NCBI GenBank assembly: GCA_021129515.1
Contig: JAJOLD010000001.1
Location: 257,217-321,216, forward strand
DNA from: Minisyncoccota bacterium
Lineage (GTDB): Bacteria > Patescibacteriota > Minisyncoccia > Phycocordibacterales > UBA918
Length of the DNA stretch: 64,000 bases
Direction: 5' to 3'
Shown: piece after piece, positions 44,785-53,907 of the stretch
Numbering within the stretch: the stretch's first letter is position 1
How the letters are laid out: every line of letters starts with the position of its first letter
The notes under the pieces: model-generated
Database searches by the model: none
Told to the model about the DNA's origin: nothing
The model's input: the letters and a program-made list of their open reading frames with translations, nothing else
Position numbers and translations under genes: made by a program

Positions 44785-45771
44785 TTATGCTCCTGGCTTA
44801 ATCTGGCCTCCTAACGTACGAAGTCGACGCAATGCTTCGTCTGCCTGTTCTCCCTTTGGCACTCGTTCTTCAGGCCCCTTGCCCGGAGGATTACCGTGCC
44901 ACCTAAAGTCGCGCTCAAAAACATCAACCCCCTTCGATGGGATCGTGTGTGCAATAATCACCGAGGGTTGACTATATACCGCTTGTGCCTTTCCGATCGC
45001 ATCGTTTACCGACCGAATGTTGTGTCCATCTACCTCCTGCACATCCCAGTTAAAGGCAGCCAGCTTTTCCGCGAGTGGTTCAAGCGGCATCACATCTTTC
45101 GTGTATCCATCAATCTGAATACCGTTGCGGTCTACTATCACAATAAGGTTATGGAGCTTCTCCTTGCCGGCATGCATAAACGCCTCCCACATCTGCCCAG
45201 CATTGATTTCCCCATCACCCGTGAGGCAGTAGAAATACCTTGAGGAGTACGGATTCTCCATACGCTCCGCAATCGCCATACCGACGGCTTGTGAGAGTCC
45301 TGAGCCCAAGGGACCAGAACTTGTTTCAATACCCGGCAATACTTCTCGGTGTGGATGTCCCTGAAGACGCGTACCAAACTTGCGCAAGGTCAACAACTCT
45401 TCTTCCGGGAAATACCCTGCATGTGCCATAGTAGCGTAAAGCACCGGGCAAATATGCCCGTTTGAGAGAATCAGCCGGTCACGCTCTTCCCAAAAGGGAT
45501 TCTTAGGGTCGTGTTTTAATACTTCAAAATAGAGGAGGGTAAAGATATCTGCCATGCCCAAAGGCCCAGCGGTGTGTCCACTTTTAGCCTCAAAGAGCAT
45601 CTCGATAATACTTTGACGAATCTCATTCGCTTTCGCTTCAAGCTCATGAACCTCCGCGTCGGTAAGATAGTGCATATGCCTTAAGTATATAGTATGAGAA
45701 GCAAGTATGAGTATGATGATGTTAAAAACACAAGACCGGTCAACTGGACCGGTCTTCATCAGATGTGTCAT
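44785..45771 (-). CDS. transketolase, N-terminal (TPP-binding) subunit
   Basis: TPP-binding motifs GHTAGPLGMAD... and GDGEINAGQMWEA. Confidence 0.92.
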   Translation of the reverse strand: MTHLMKTGPVDRSCVFNIIILILASHTIYLRHMHYLTDAEVHELEAKANEIRQSIIEMLFEAKSGHTAGPLGMADIFTLLYFEVLKHDPKNPFWEERDRLILSNGHICPVLYATMAHAGYFPEEELLTLRKFGTRLQGHPHREVLPGIETSSGPLGSGLSQAVGMAIAERMENPYSSRYFYCLTGDGEINAGQMWEAFMHAGKEKLHNLIVIVDRNGIQIDGYTKDVMPLEPLAEKLAAFNWDVQEVDGHNIRSVNDAIGKAQAVYSQPSVIIAHTIPSKGVDVFERDFRWHGNPPGKGPEERVPKGEQADEALRRLRTLGGQIKPGA

Positions 45772-46253
45772 ACACCATATTTATGCTGCCCAGCAATAGT
45801 GGGTGCCCACGCAACTGATTCTATTGGAGTAGTTGCCACTTCCACTGACTTTTCGAGTAAGCGTATTAATACATATGCAATCGAAGTACAGAATAAAGCA
45901 AAATTCGGATTCTCTCTGTCATACTGTTCTACACACACTTCAACATAAATAACATCATCTTGTTGTAACATACTCGCATTGACGACCCAAATTTTATCTG
46001 GGTCATCATACCCAATCTTCTTTCCCTTGGATTTGATCGTCTCTACAAGTGACTTGGGTATGGGCTTATCTGAGTAGACCTTCACTACAGGCATTGCTAT
46101 ATCCTCAAGAACAATTCTTTTCGACCATAGCACATACTGTTGTATATGGATAGATGTTTTATTAAAATCGTACGAGGTAATCAAATTCTCGATATACCTC
46201 TTGTGGATCGCTTGCTTTGAGGATTGCTGAGCCTGAGACGAAGTGCTGTGCAC
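45768..46253 (-). CDS. hypothetical protein; the true start is probably the internal Met at ~46094
   Basis: As given, the track ORF would overlap rpe by ~90 nt. Starting at MPVVKVYSD... removes the overlap. Confidence 0.4.
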   Translation of the reverse strand: MHSTSSQAQQSSKQAIHKRYIENLITSYDFNKTSIHIQQYVLWSKRIVLEDIAMPVVKVYSDKPIPKSLVETIKSKGKKIGYDDPDKIWVVNASMLQQDDVIYVEVCVEQYDRENPNFALFCTSIAYVLIRLLEKSVEVATTPIESVAWAPTIAGQHKYGV

Positions 46254-46830
46254 CTGCTTCGTAGAGGCGTGGAAGTGTGTCTTTGTTTACCGAGCCATCG
46301 ATACTAATCTGAAGGTCGGGGTGCGCAGCAAGCAATGTCTTGATACGATCAATCACTCGCTCGTCAAACGGTTGCCCTTGTGAACCAATCTGAGCAATGC
46401 CCATAAGTTGTACGAAGTCGATTCGGTCGAGGTACTGGATGAGTTCCTCAAGCAGCGTGTCGTTGTTTATTGAAAAGCCAAGCCCATAGTTGTGGGCGGC
46501 GTGGTGTTCAAGGATTGTCTCGATAGCTGCTTCGTCCTTCACACTTTCAAGATGCACCACCATGCGTTCTACACCCGCGCCGTAATACGCCGCAATCACT
46601 TCTTCCGGATGTTCTATCATGAGGTCAATTTCGACATCAAACTTCTCAGTTATCTCAGCAAGCTGCGCAATGTCTTCACCCGCGCCATAGGGCCATGAGG
46701 TAAAGGGTACAAACTTTCCATCGACAACATCGATTTGCACCGCTTCTGCAAATGGCTCAACGACTTTGAGTGTCTCCTTGAGATGCTCAAATGTTTTGGG
46801 AATGATTGCTGGAAGTATTTTCTGTTTCAT
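46162..46830 (-). CDS. rpe: ribulose-phosphate 3-epimerase
   Basis: IDVVDGKFVP, DLMIEHPEE, MGIAQIGSQGQPF and SIDGSVN motifs. Confidence 0.93.
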   Translation of the reverse strand: MKQKILPAIIPKTFEHLKETLKVVEPFAEAVQIDVVDGKFVPFTSWPYGAGEDIAQLAEITEKFDVEIDLMIEHPEEVIAAYYGAGVERMVVHLESVKDEAAIETILEHHAAHNYGLGFSINNDTLLEELIQYLDRIDFVQLMGIAQIGSQGQPFDERVIDRIKTLLAAHPDLQISIDGSVNKDTLPRLYEAGAQHFVSGSAILKASDPQEVYREFDYLVRF

Positions 46831-46857
46831 AGACGTTATGCGTTATATGCAGAGATA

Positions 46858-47298
46858 CTAAAACTTATTGATGCGGCGCACATGCCGTTCATCACCAGGA
46901 AACTGGATAGTGAGCCACACGCGGACGACTTCTTTTGCTTCCTCGGGAGTCACAAAGCGCGCACCAAGCGAAAGAACGTTTGCATTGTTGTGTTCACGCG
47001 AGAGTGTGATTATTTCTGGTTGTCCACCGTAGTACACAGTTGCCCGCACACCAGGTACTCGATTTGCAACCATTGCCTCACCCTGTCCTGAGCCACCAAG
47101 CACAAGAGCTCGGTCTTCTTCTGGATTTGCGGCAACTTTTGTTGCAGCAATACTGACAAAATCGGGATAATCATCAACGGCGTTAAACGAATGTGCACCA
47201 CAGTCCTCTGCCACAAGTCCAAGCTCAGTCACCACAAAATCCTTAAGTATATTCTTAAGTTCAAATCCTGCGTGGTCGGTGGCGAAATAAATCTTCAT
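46858..47298 (-). CDS. rpiB: ribose-5-phosphate isomerase B
   Basis: MKIYFATDHAGFELK ... CGAHSF ... matches RpiB/LacAB. Confidence 0.93.
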   Translation of the reverse strand: MKIYFATDHAGFELKNILKDFVVTELGLVAEDCGAHSFNAVDDYPDFVSIAATKVAANPEEDRALVLGGSGQGEAMVANRVPGVRATVYYGGQPEIITLSREHNNANVLSLGARFVTPEEAKEVVRVWLTIQFPGDERHVRRINKF

Positions 47299-47552
47299 AT
47301 ATTAGAAGGTAGTGCGTAGTTAGTAGTACGTAGAACCTACTTGTTAATCATAACATTTTTGTCACCAATGCTGTCATGATGAATTTAGTTCAACATCTTA
47401 AGAGATTCTGAAACACACCACAAGGGCATTACCATTATTTCTGCTGCGCTCTAAATTCAGAATAGTCGTTCCACTCCTTTCTTCATTCATAATTCCCTCC
47501 GGTCATAAGAAAAATGGGTCAGTCCAGAATGACCGATGCTTTGATTGCCCAT

Positions 47553-47701
47553 ACCTGGATTGCTTTGTCATTCCACTCCGTTTCATTCCTCGCAATAACG
47601 CTCTTTCAGAACGAAAGACGCCGCCCGTAGGGCGGCGTCTTTGCGAGTGCTTGCGCGAAGCCTGTCTGCGTACGGACACGCACAGGCAGGCAATCCAGAA
47701 A
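47553..47701. repeat. composite palindromic-repeat region downstream of gap
   Basis: Contains CCTGGATTGCTTTGTCATTCC...CCTCGCAATAACG, a perfect terminator hairpin (47615-47639), GTCTTTGCGAGTGCTTGCGCGAAGC (homologous to 31585-31605), and ACGCACAGGCAGGCAATCCAGAAAT (identical to 4061-4085). Confidence 0.7.
47615..47639 (-). terminator. terminator hairpin (AGACGCCGCCC-GTA-GGGCGGCGTCT) downstream of gap
   Basis: Perfect 11-bp GC-rich stem. Confidence 0.75.
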
Positions 47702-47702
47702 T

Positions 47703-48749
47703 CTACTTCCCTTTATTGAAAAATCCTGCAATAGCCGCTACGTGTTCGACTAATGTGTGCGTATAGCTGGTCTCGTTGTCGTACCACGCGAGCACTTTCA
47801 CAAGGTTACCACCGACCACGCGCGTGAATGCAAGATCAGCAATTGATGCGTAGCGAGCACCAATAATGTCCGAAGAAACAATCGGCTCATTGGTCACGGC
47901 AAAGAGGTTTTTCCAGCGGTCGGTTGCTGCAGCTTCAGTAAGTACTTTGTTCACCTCTTCTACCGTTGTCTCTCGATTTGCCACAAAGGTAACATCAACA
48001 ATAGACCCAACCGGCACGGGCACACGCATGGCAATACCATCGAACTGTCCATCGAGTTCAGTATGCACCTTGGTCGTTGCGACCGCAGCACCGGTTGAGG
48101 TTGGAATGATGTTTTGTGCAGCTGAACGCCCCTTACGAAAGTCTTTTGCGTTTGGTCTATCCACCAATGCCTGCGTTGAGGTGTATGCATGTACGGTGTT
48201 GAGGAGTGCTTTTTCGATACCAATATCTTCCTTCAAAATTGCAATCAATGGACTCGTCGCGTTTGTTGTACACGACGCGTTTGAACTCACACTGCAGGTC
48301 TCGAGCACGCTTTCGTTAGCACCCATAAGCACGGTTGCGCCTTCAATACCTGCAGCGACTGGATCGTCTTTGACCGGCGCTGAGATTACCACCCGCTTTG
48401 CACCAGCCTCAAGATGCACCTTTGCTTTCTCATAGCTCGCAAAGAAACCGGTTGCCTCAACCACAATATCAATATCTGTATCCTTCCACGGAAGGTTGAG
48501 GGGATCCCGCTCTGCATGACACGCGATGGTCTTGCCATCGACTACGAGGTTGCCGTCTTTGGTAGACACGTCGTGCGTACCACGACCATAGGCAGTATCG
48601 TACTTAAGGAGGTAGGCGAGGTTTTCAATATCGCCAAGATCATTGATAGCAACAATTTCAAATGAAGGGTTGTCGAGTGCCATACGGAAAAACGTTCTTC
48701 CAATACGACCAAATCCATTGATAGCTACACGTGTCATAACAAGGTGCAA
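47703..48749 (-). CDS. gap: glyceraldehyde-3-phosphate dehydrogenase
   Basis: VAINGFGRIGR and the active-site sequence SNASCTTN. Confidence 0.95.
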   Translation of the reverse strand: MHLVMTRVAINGFGRIGRTFFRMALDNPSFEIVAINDLGDIENLAYLLKYDTAYGRGTHDVSTKDGNLVVDGKTIACHAERDPLNLPWKDTDIDIVVEATGFFASYEKAKVHLEAGAKRVVISAPVKDDPVAAGIEGATVLMGANESVLETCSVSSNASCTTNATSPLIAILKEDIGIEKALLNTVHAYTSTQALVDRPNAKDFRKGRSAAQNIIPTSTGAAVATTKVHTELDGQFDGIAMRVPVPVGSIVDVTFVANRETTVEEVNKVLTEAAATDRWKNLFAVTNEPIVSSDIIGARYASIADLAFTRVVGGNLVKVLAWYDNETSYTHTLVEHVAAIAGFFNKGK

Positions 48750-48799
48750 AATTTAGAACTAAAAAGTAATACTTCCATTATACCGTACCCAGGTATATA

Positions 48800-50371
48800 T
48801 CAGCGTGCCGATTTGATAAGTGTTCTCGCAATAAGAAGCAGTATGATGAGCAAAAGAACAAACCATGGAAACAAATTCCAGAACAAAAAACCAAAACGTT
48901 CAATGAGTAGTGCCCATACACCCTCTGATGTTTCTGTGACGGAGGGAAAACTGATGGTAGCGCGCAGTGTACCGGTGAGTGTGCCACGCTGTTGCGTTTT
49001 GTAGTCATAGAGTGACACTACGAACGGAAACACTCCCGCAGTCCCAAGTGGCGCGAGCACGGCAACATATGCATCTTTTTCAGCATTAGCGCGCAACAAA
49101 AACGCAAAACGCTGCGTACTATCGGTTGCATCGTAGAGTGTGACCACAATGCTTTTAAGATGTTGTGGCACCGCATCAGCAGGCATAGACACAATAAGCT
49201 GCTTGGCACCGTCTATAGGAATAGTGGCATCATCAGCATGTATGGCGTGTCCATCTTGTATAAACGATAGCGTATCAAAAGAGAGTGGTATCTGCTGCGC
49301 GATTGGGACTGTTGGTGTTGCTGAAGGGATTAGTATCTCCGTATCTTCTGGTATGTGAGGTGGTACGTACGCAGTGAGTGCTCCCGATGAGACATTTCCT
49401 GCAGCATCGTATGCAAAGACACCATAGTATTGCACCTCAGTGGTCTGCCCCCTCTGCGCATCAATTGCCATGGTACTCGCGCCTTCATGTACGAGCCATC
49501 CGTCTGCAGCATCACTTGGATAGAATCGGTCGTTACGCAACACACGCACCTTCTCAATAGCACTCCCTGGTGGAATATCCCATTGAATAATCAAATGTGG
49601 ACCATCGCGATGTACTCGTACATTACGAACGTTCGTGGGTGGGTACTGTATGTCAAGCGGGAGTGTGGTAAAGGTGCTGGTGGTCAACACACCATGCGCA
49701 CCCACCTTATTCACTCCATGAATAGTGAATGCATAGGGGGTATTGGGAGTGAGCCCGGTAATCACCGTCTCGTGAGTTTTGCTATAGGAATGTGCCGCAA
49801 TAGAACCGAGTTCATAGGATGCTGTTTCACCCCAGTGCACCGTTGGGCGCACATACCCTTGTGTTTCATATCGAATACGTACCGCGTCCTGCATCGGAAT
49901 AATTTCAAGTGCGGTCAACACAATCGGTATGGGCTGCAAGGTAGTACTAGATCCACCGCCACCGCCGCTACTGCTCGTTGTTGTTGCAACGGCAAGTGTT
50001 GTCGTTGCAACCGACGCTGATGAGCTTGAAATATTATTTGAGGTATCAAACGCACGGATGAAGTAGGTATAGAGTGTCTCTGCAGTAAGTCCTGTATCTA
50101 CATATGTAGCGGTGGTGGCGGTTGCTATCTGGAGTGCATCACGAAACACCTGATACGCAACTGTACTCATGGCGTCGGTTGACGACGACCACGATACATT
50201 TATTTGTGACGTTGCTACCGGCACTGCCACCACATTGGTGGGTATCGATGGCGGAGTAGTATCACTGCCAAAAACAGTACGGACCGTGACCGTGTCAGAC
50301 ACTGCGTGTGCGTGGAATGCAACAACACAATATCCAATGAGTGCTATTGAAACAAGTCGTACATATGACAT
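48800..50371 (-). CDS. secreted fibronectin-type-III repeat protein with a C-terminal TM anchor
   Basis: Signal peptide. At least 3 FN3 modules, e.g. PPSIPTNVVAVPVATSQINVSWSSSTD...YQVFRD...LYTYFIRAFDTSNN. A Ser/Thr/Gly linker. The C-terminus is LFPWFVLLLIILLLIARTLIKSAR. Confidence 0.8.
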   Translation of the reverse strand: MSYVRLVSIALIGYCVVAFHAHAVSDTVTVRTVFGSDTTPPSIPTNVVAVPVATSQINVSWSSSTDAMSTVAYQVFRDALQIATATTATYVDTGLTAETLYTYFIRAFDTSNNISSSSASVATTTLAVATTTSSSGGGGGSSTTLQPIPIVLTALEIIPMQDAVRIRYETQGYVRPTVHWGETASYELGSIAAHSYSKTHETVITGLTPNTPYAFTIHGVNKVGAHGVLTTSTFTTLPLDIQYPPTNVRNVRVHRDGPHLIIQWDIPPGSAIEKVRVLRNDRFYPSDAADGWLVHEGASTMAIDAQRGQTTEVQYYGVFAYDAAGNVSSGALTAYVPPHIPEDTEILIPSATPTVPIAQQIPLSFDTLSFIQDGHAIHADDATIPIDGAKQLIVSMPADAVPQHLKSIVVTLYDATDSTQRFAFLLRANAEKDAYVAVLAPLGTAGVFPFVVSLYDYKTQQRGTLTGTLRATISFPSVTETSEGVWALLIERFGFLFWNLFPWFVLLLIILLLIARTLIKSAR

Positions 50372-50383
50372 ATCGATACGCTA

Positions 50384-51163
50384 TTACAACGGCAATGCCG
50401 TAATAGTAGTAGTAGCAGTATACACCCCTGGTGCCTGCAATACTGACCCGCCAACCCCAACACGGAAGTGAATAGTCGTCGTTGCACCGTTTGGATGGTT
50501 GGCATTTGTATTGGCAGCAATTTGTACCGCCGTGGTACTCAACCCATCCCAACACGCAAACGCAGAGTCAGTGGTATCGACATTACAGGTGTCGGAGCCA
50601 TTGTCTTTAAAGCGTTGTACGATATCGACCCCTTCTGGAGTATAGCCTAAGTGACTATCAGCAGTGCTCGTGATAAATGCAAAATCAGGCACTGCGCCTA
50701 CCGGCGTATAATCAGCAATGGTGTCAGACCCTTTTTGCATTGCCGGACTGTTTGCAGCTGCAATAGTGAGCTCGTACCCTGATGGACTATCAGTGGTGAC
50801 GGTGACCGTGGTTGAGCCATTTGAAATACCACCCGTGACACCTGCAATTGAAGGACTCATGGTCACATTGCCTGCTCCAGTGAGCGCAATATATACTTCC
50901 TGCATCTGCTGGTATCCTGCCTTGAGTGCATACGATGCGCTCGACGACTCACCCGTTGCAACCTCGCCAACGGTGGATTCTTGTACATAACTTGTCGATG
51001 ATGAAAGCCCTCCACCGGCATTGATGCTGTCACTTTGTATTGCATAGTTACTACTCTGCATGACCTGTGCATACAGCGTATTTCCGTACACACATCCGAA
51101 ACCGAGTATTGCAGAGAGCACTACTATGGGTATGAAATCACTGCGCATACCTTTTTTCATCAC
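50384..51163 (-). CDS. secreted beta-rich Ser/Thr/Gly-rich protein (259 aa), paralog of 52199-52912
   Basis: Signal peptide. Shared blocks with the paralog: VTMSP.I.G..GG..NG..TV.V.T...SGY..TI and TTTIHFRV...YTAT. Possibly WxL-like (CWDGL); not confirmed. Confidence 0.65.
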   Translation of the reverse strand: MMKKGMRSDFIPIVVLSAILGFGCVYGNTLYAQVMQSSNYAIQSDSINAGGGLSSSTSYVQESTVGEVATGESSSASYALKAGYQQMQEVYIALTGAGNVTMSPSIAGVTGGISNGSTTVTVTTDSPSGYELTIAAANSPAMQKGSDTIADYTPVGAVPDFAFITSTADSHLGYTPEGVDIVQRFKDNGSDTCNVDTTDSAFACWDGLSTTAVQIAANTNANHPNGATTTIHFRVGVGGSVLQAPGVYTATTTITALPL

Positions 51164-52182
51164 ACTTTTCTCTTAAATTCAAAGGTGGTAAAGAACATGC
51201 GTATCAAGAACACAATCATAAACACCACTACACACACCATGAGGAGCACCTTCCATGGAAGCACCCAGAAGGTCACGTCCATTTCATCAATAATATCGTC
51301 GTAGCCTCGATTAATACGAGCGGTTGCCGTGTACTTACCAAACAAAAATTCTCGCGACCATACAACCTCACGGAACCGCAATGACTGTGGCAGTGCGAAC
51401 CATGGTTCTATTTCAATAAAACCTACTTCCTCACCAAACATATTGGTGATGGAGAGTTCTCCATAGGGGTTTACGTGTACCGAGCCGGTGTTTGCATACA
51501 GTAATTCAAAATGAATGGGACCGCCGTCGAACCACGACGCATCCGGAATGGTAGCAAATTTCTGCAATGCGCCTTCGTATGCAATAGCACCTGGTACTGT
51601 AATGAAAAACAATGTACCAATACGACTCACAATAGGAGACTTTGGTACCGCATTTGTACTGGAGGTATCAGCAACATCTTTCGTCACCGTTGTCACCAGC
51701 ACACTTCCGTAGAGTCCTCCTGGTTCGGCATCAGCAGGAATAGATACCGTCACTGGTACCCGTGCCCGCTCTGCATGTTTAAGTGGAATTCCCTCGGTGG
51801 GCACCTCAAGGTAATCACGCAACGAATAAGGACCGCGGTCATCACCGAGCAATTTAACCGCAATATCACCTCCTGTAGTACCAACGACATCTTCTGTTTC
51901 AAAATTAAAGACACGTGATTCACCAGTACGGTTTGTGATGAGAATTTCGGTAGTCACCGTCTCTCCAGGCTGCAGACGCAATTCCGTTTTGCCTGGTCCT
52001 ACCACAAAGTCACCAAGCACTTCATCGCCAGGAATTGTTTCAAGACGATACGCAGGTTTTTGCTGTATCTCAGCGGCTTCTGTTGCTGCTTCTTGCGCAA
52101 AAACACTCATGGGGAGCCCCATGAGCGCAAGCGCGCAGACCCACATAGACACACCATATTGCATGCGATCTGCTTGTATCAT
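51160..52182 (-). CDS. cell-surface protein with an N-terminal signal peptide and a C-terminal TM anchor (340 aa); architecture like CscA/DUF916 proteins
   Basis: Signal peptide MWVCALALMGLPMSVFAQE. Predicted extracellular beta-rich domain. C-terminal VLPWKVLLMVCVVVFMIVFLIRMFF followed by basic residues. Confidence 0.65.
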   Translation of the reverse strand: MIQADRMQYGVSMWVCALALMGLPMSVFAQEAATEAAEIQQKPAYRLETIPGDEVLGDFVVGPGKTELRLQPGETVTTEILITNRTGESRVFNFETEDVVGTTGGDIAVKLLGDDRGPYSLRDYLEVPTEGIPLKHAERARVPVTVSIPADAEPGGLYGSVLVTTVTKDVADTSSTNAVPKSPIVSRIGTLFFITVPGAIAYEGALQKFATIPDASWFDGGPIHFELLYANTGSVHVNPYGELSITNMFGEEVGFIEIEPWFALPQSLRFREVVWSREFLFGKYTATARINRGYDDIIDEMDVTFWVLPWKVLLMVCVVVFMIVFLIRMFFTTFEFKRKV

Positions 52183-52198
52183 AGTAGTCGAATGTAAG

Positions 52199-52912
52199 TT
52201 AATTAGTAGTTGCGGTCAACGTAGCCGTTGCGGTGTAAGTGTCCGCCTGTAAGAGTGGTGATGGGTTTGATGGTACTGAAACACGGAAATGAATAGTGGT
52301 TGTTGAACCACTTGCTGGAGTTTCGGTACTTCGGTTAATTATGGTTTCTGCAATTGGAGTACTCCCATCGGTAGTACTTGCATTGAACCAACACCGATCA
52401 AACGTATTGTTCGAACCAGCACCACACGCAGCACCATTATCGAGGAACGTTGGGTCTACATCACTTGAGGTTGATGCCTGCACTGAGTATGCAAACTCAC
52501 CCGGGGTACCCGAACCACCAATGCTAAAGTTGTAGTCAGGAACGCTTGCGGATGCTGGAGAGTAGTTGTTGATGACACCACCTTCACTATCACCCTGCAT
52601 CGCCGTCCCCGTCGCGAACTGGATAGTCATGTTATAGCCCGATGTGTTGTTGGTTGATACCACTACGGTTGCGTTACCATTTGCAGTACCTCCAGAGATA
52701 CCAGGAATAGTTGGACTCATGGTTACGTCAGTTGCTGTGGTGTCGAAAGAAATTTCAGCAGTGATTGATTGCGTAATCTCAAAGAAATCAGAATCTGCAG
52801 CTGCACGACCAACAACCGGCTCAAGTACCACGTACGAGGTGATACCAATTACTGCCACTATCAGCGTAGTGACGAACGACATTTTTGCGGAATACAACGC
52901 TTGTAAAAACAT
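52199..52912 (-). CDS. secreted beta-rich protein (237 aa), paralog of 50384-51163
   Basis: N-terminal TM/signal segment. Conserved blocks are shared with 50384-51163. Confidence 0.65.
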   Translation of the reverse strand: MFLQALYSAKMSFVTTLIVAVIGITSYVVLEPVVGRAAADSDFFEITQSITAEISFDTTATDVTMSPTIPGISGGTANGNATVVVSTNNTSGYNMTIQFATGTAMQGDSEGGVINNYSPASASVPDYNFSIGGSGTPGEFAYSVQASTSSDVDPTFLDNGAACGAGSNNTFDRCWFNASTTDGSTPIAETIINRSTETPASGSTTTIHFRVSVPSNPSPLLQADTYTATATLTATTN

Positions 52913-53027
52913 ACAATTAGATACGACTGCAATTACAGATTAATGTAGAGCCATTATAGCCTTAAAATACCTACGAGGTGATACCGAACGTATATATATG
53001 TGTATAACTACACGCTACCTCCACCAC

Positions 53028-53876
53028 TTATTGTGTCTCTGTAGCTGGTACGGGTACGAGTATAAATTGATACGCATCTCCTGTGGCATCTTTGAATTCA
53101 GGCACAAGAGCACCCTGCTGCATATCTTTCGAATCAAATATAATATGCACATCATCAGAAAATGAATTGCGCAATGCATCCAACTGTTCCATGGTCTGTA
53201 CATCCATATGTGGCGACATAACCAAGACACCAGTATTTGTCGTGGTCGCCACGACTGCATGTGGGTGCGGTGTCGGTGTTTCAGTGTGTGTCGATACCTG
53301 CCCTACACGCTCGTACTCATGAGACACCACTGTTGGCTGATGTGCGATACGCCTGTCTTTGGAAATAAAGGTGTACCAACGCACCGCTACCTGTTCAAAA
53401 AAACCCCAATCGGCATGCGCAACAAGCGCCACTTGTGAGTTGGACATGGTATATCCACCAAGACCAAAGAGCACACCAATCAATGCAATAATAGTTGCCT
53501 GCGCAAGTGCATGTCGCTTTTGTGTACCAACCTTTGTATGGAGCGATGCGGTGGCTTCGTATACCGGCATCGGTTGTGCAGCAAAGACTCGTTTACGCTC
53601 AATACTCGTTTGCTTACTGGTGCGCACTTTATTGTTCTCGAGCTGCACGACCGTATCTTCAACAGAATCAAGCGACACAAACCAACGACCGTTAATCTTA
53701 CTTGCCGCAATTCTTTTTTCTCGCGCCAACTTGGTGAGGTAGTCTGAGGTGTATCCAAACTTTTTTGCTGCCACACTGACGGGCACGTATTGTGTGCCAT
53801 GTATTTCTAAATATTCGCTCATACCTGCATCCTCGCTCATGGTCTCAGTGTATCGCTCCACACCGTCTACGACCAT
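53028..53876 (-). CDS. membrane protein with an N-terminal excisionase-type HTH_17 DNA-binding domain
   Basis: YVPVSVAAKKFGYTSDYLTKLAREKRIAASKINGRWFVSLDSVE fits the HTH_17 pattern (..s..eaA..lG.s...l.rl...g.i.a.k.gGrW.i). One TM helix (IIALIGVLFGLGGYT). A ~150-aa C-terminal domain. Confidence 0.65.
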   Translation of the reverse strand: MVVDGVERYTETMSEDAGMSEYLEIHGTQYVPVSVAAKKFGYTSDYLTKLAREKRIAASKINGRWFVSLDSVEDTVVQLENNKVRTSKQTSIERKRVFAAQPMPVYEATASLHTKVGTQKRHALAQATIIALIGVLFGLGGYTMSNSQVALVAHADWGFFEQVAVRWYTFISKDRRIAHQPTVVSHEYERVGQVSTHTETPTPHPHAVVATTTNTGVLVMSPHMDVQTMEQLDALRNSFSDDVHIIFDSKDMQQGALVPEFKDATGDAYQFILVPVPATETQ

Positions 53877-53907
53877 ACGTCATATACACACTGCGTATGC
53901 GCATGTT

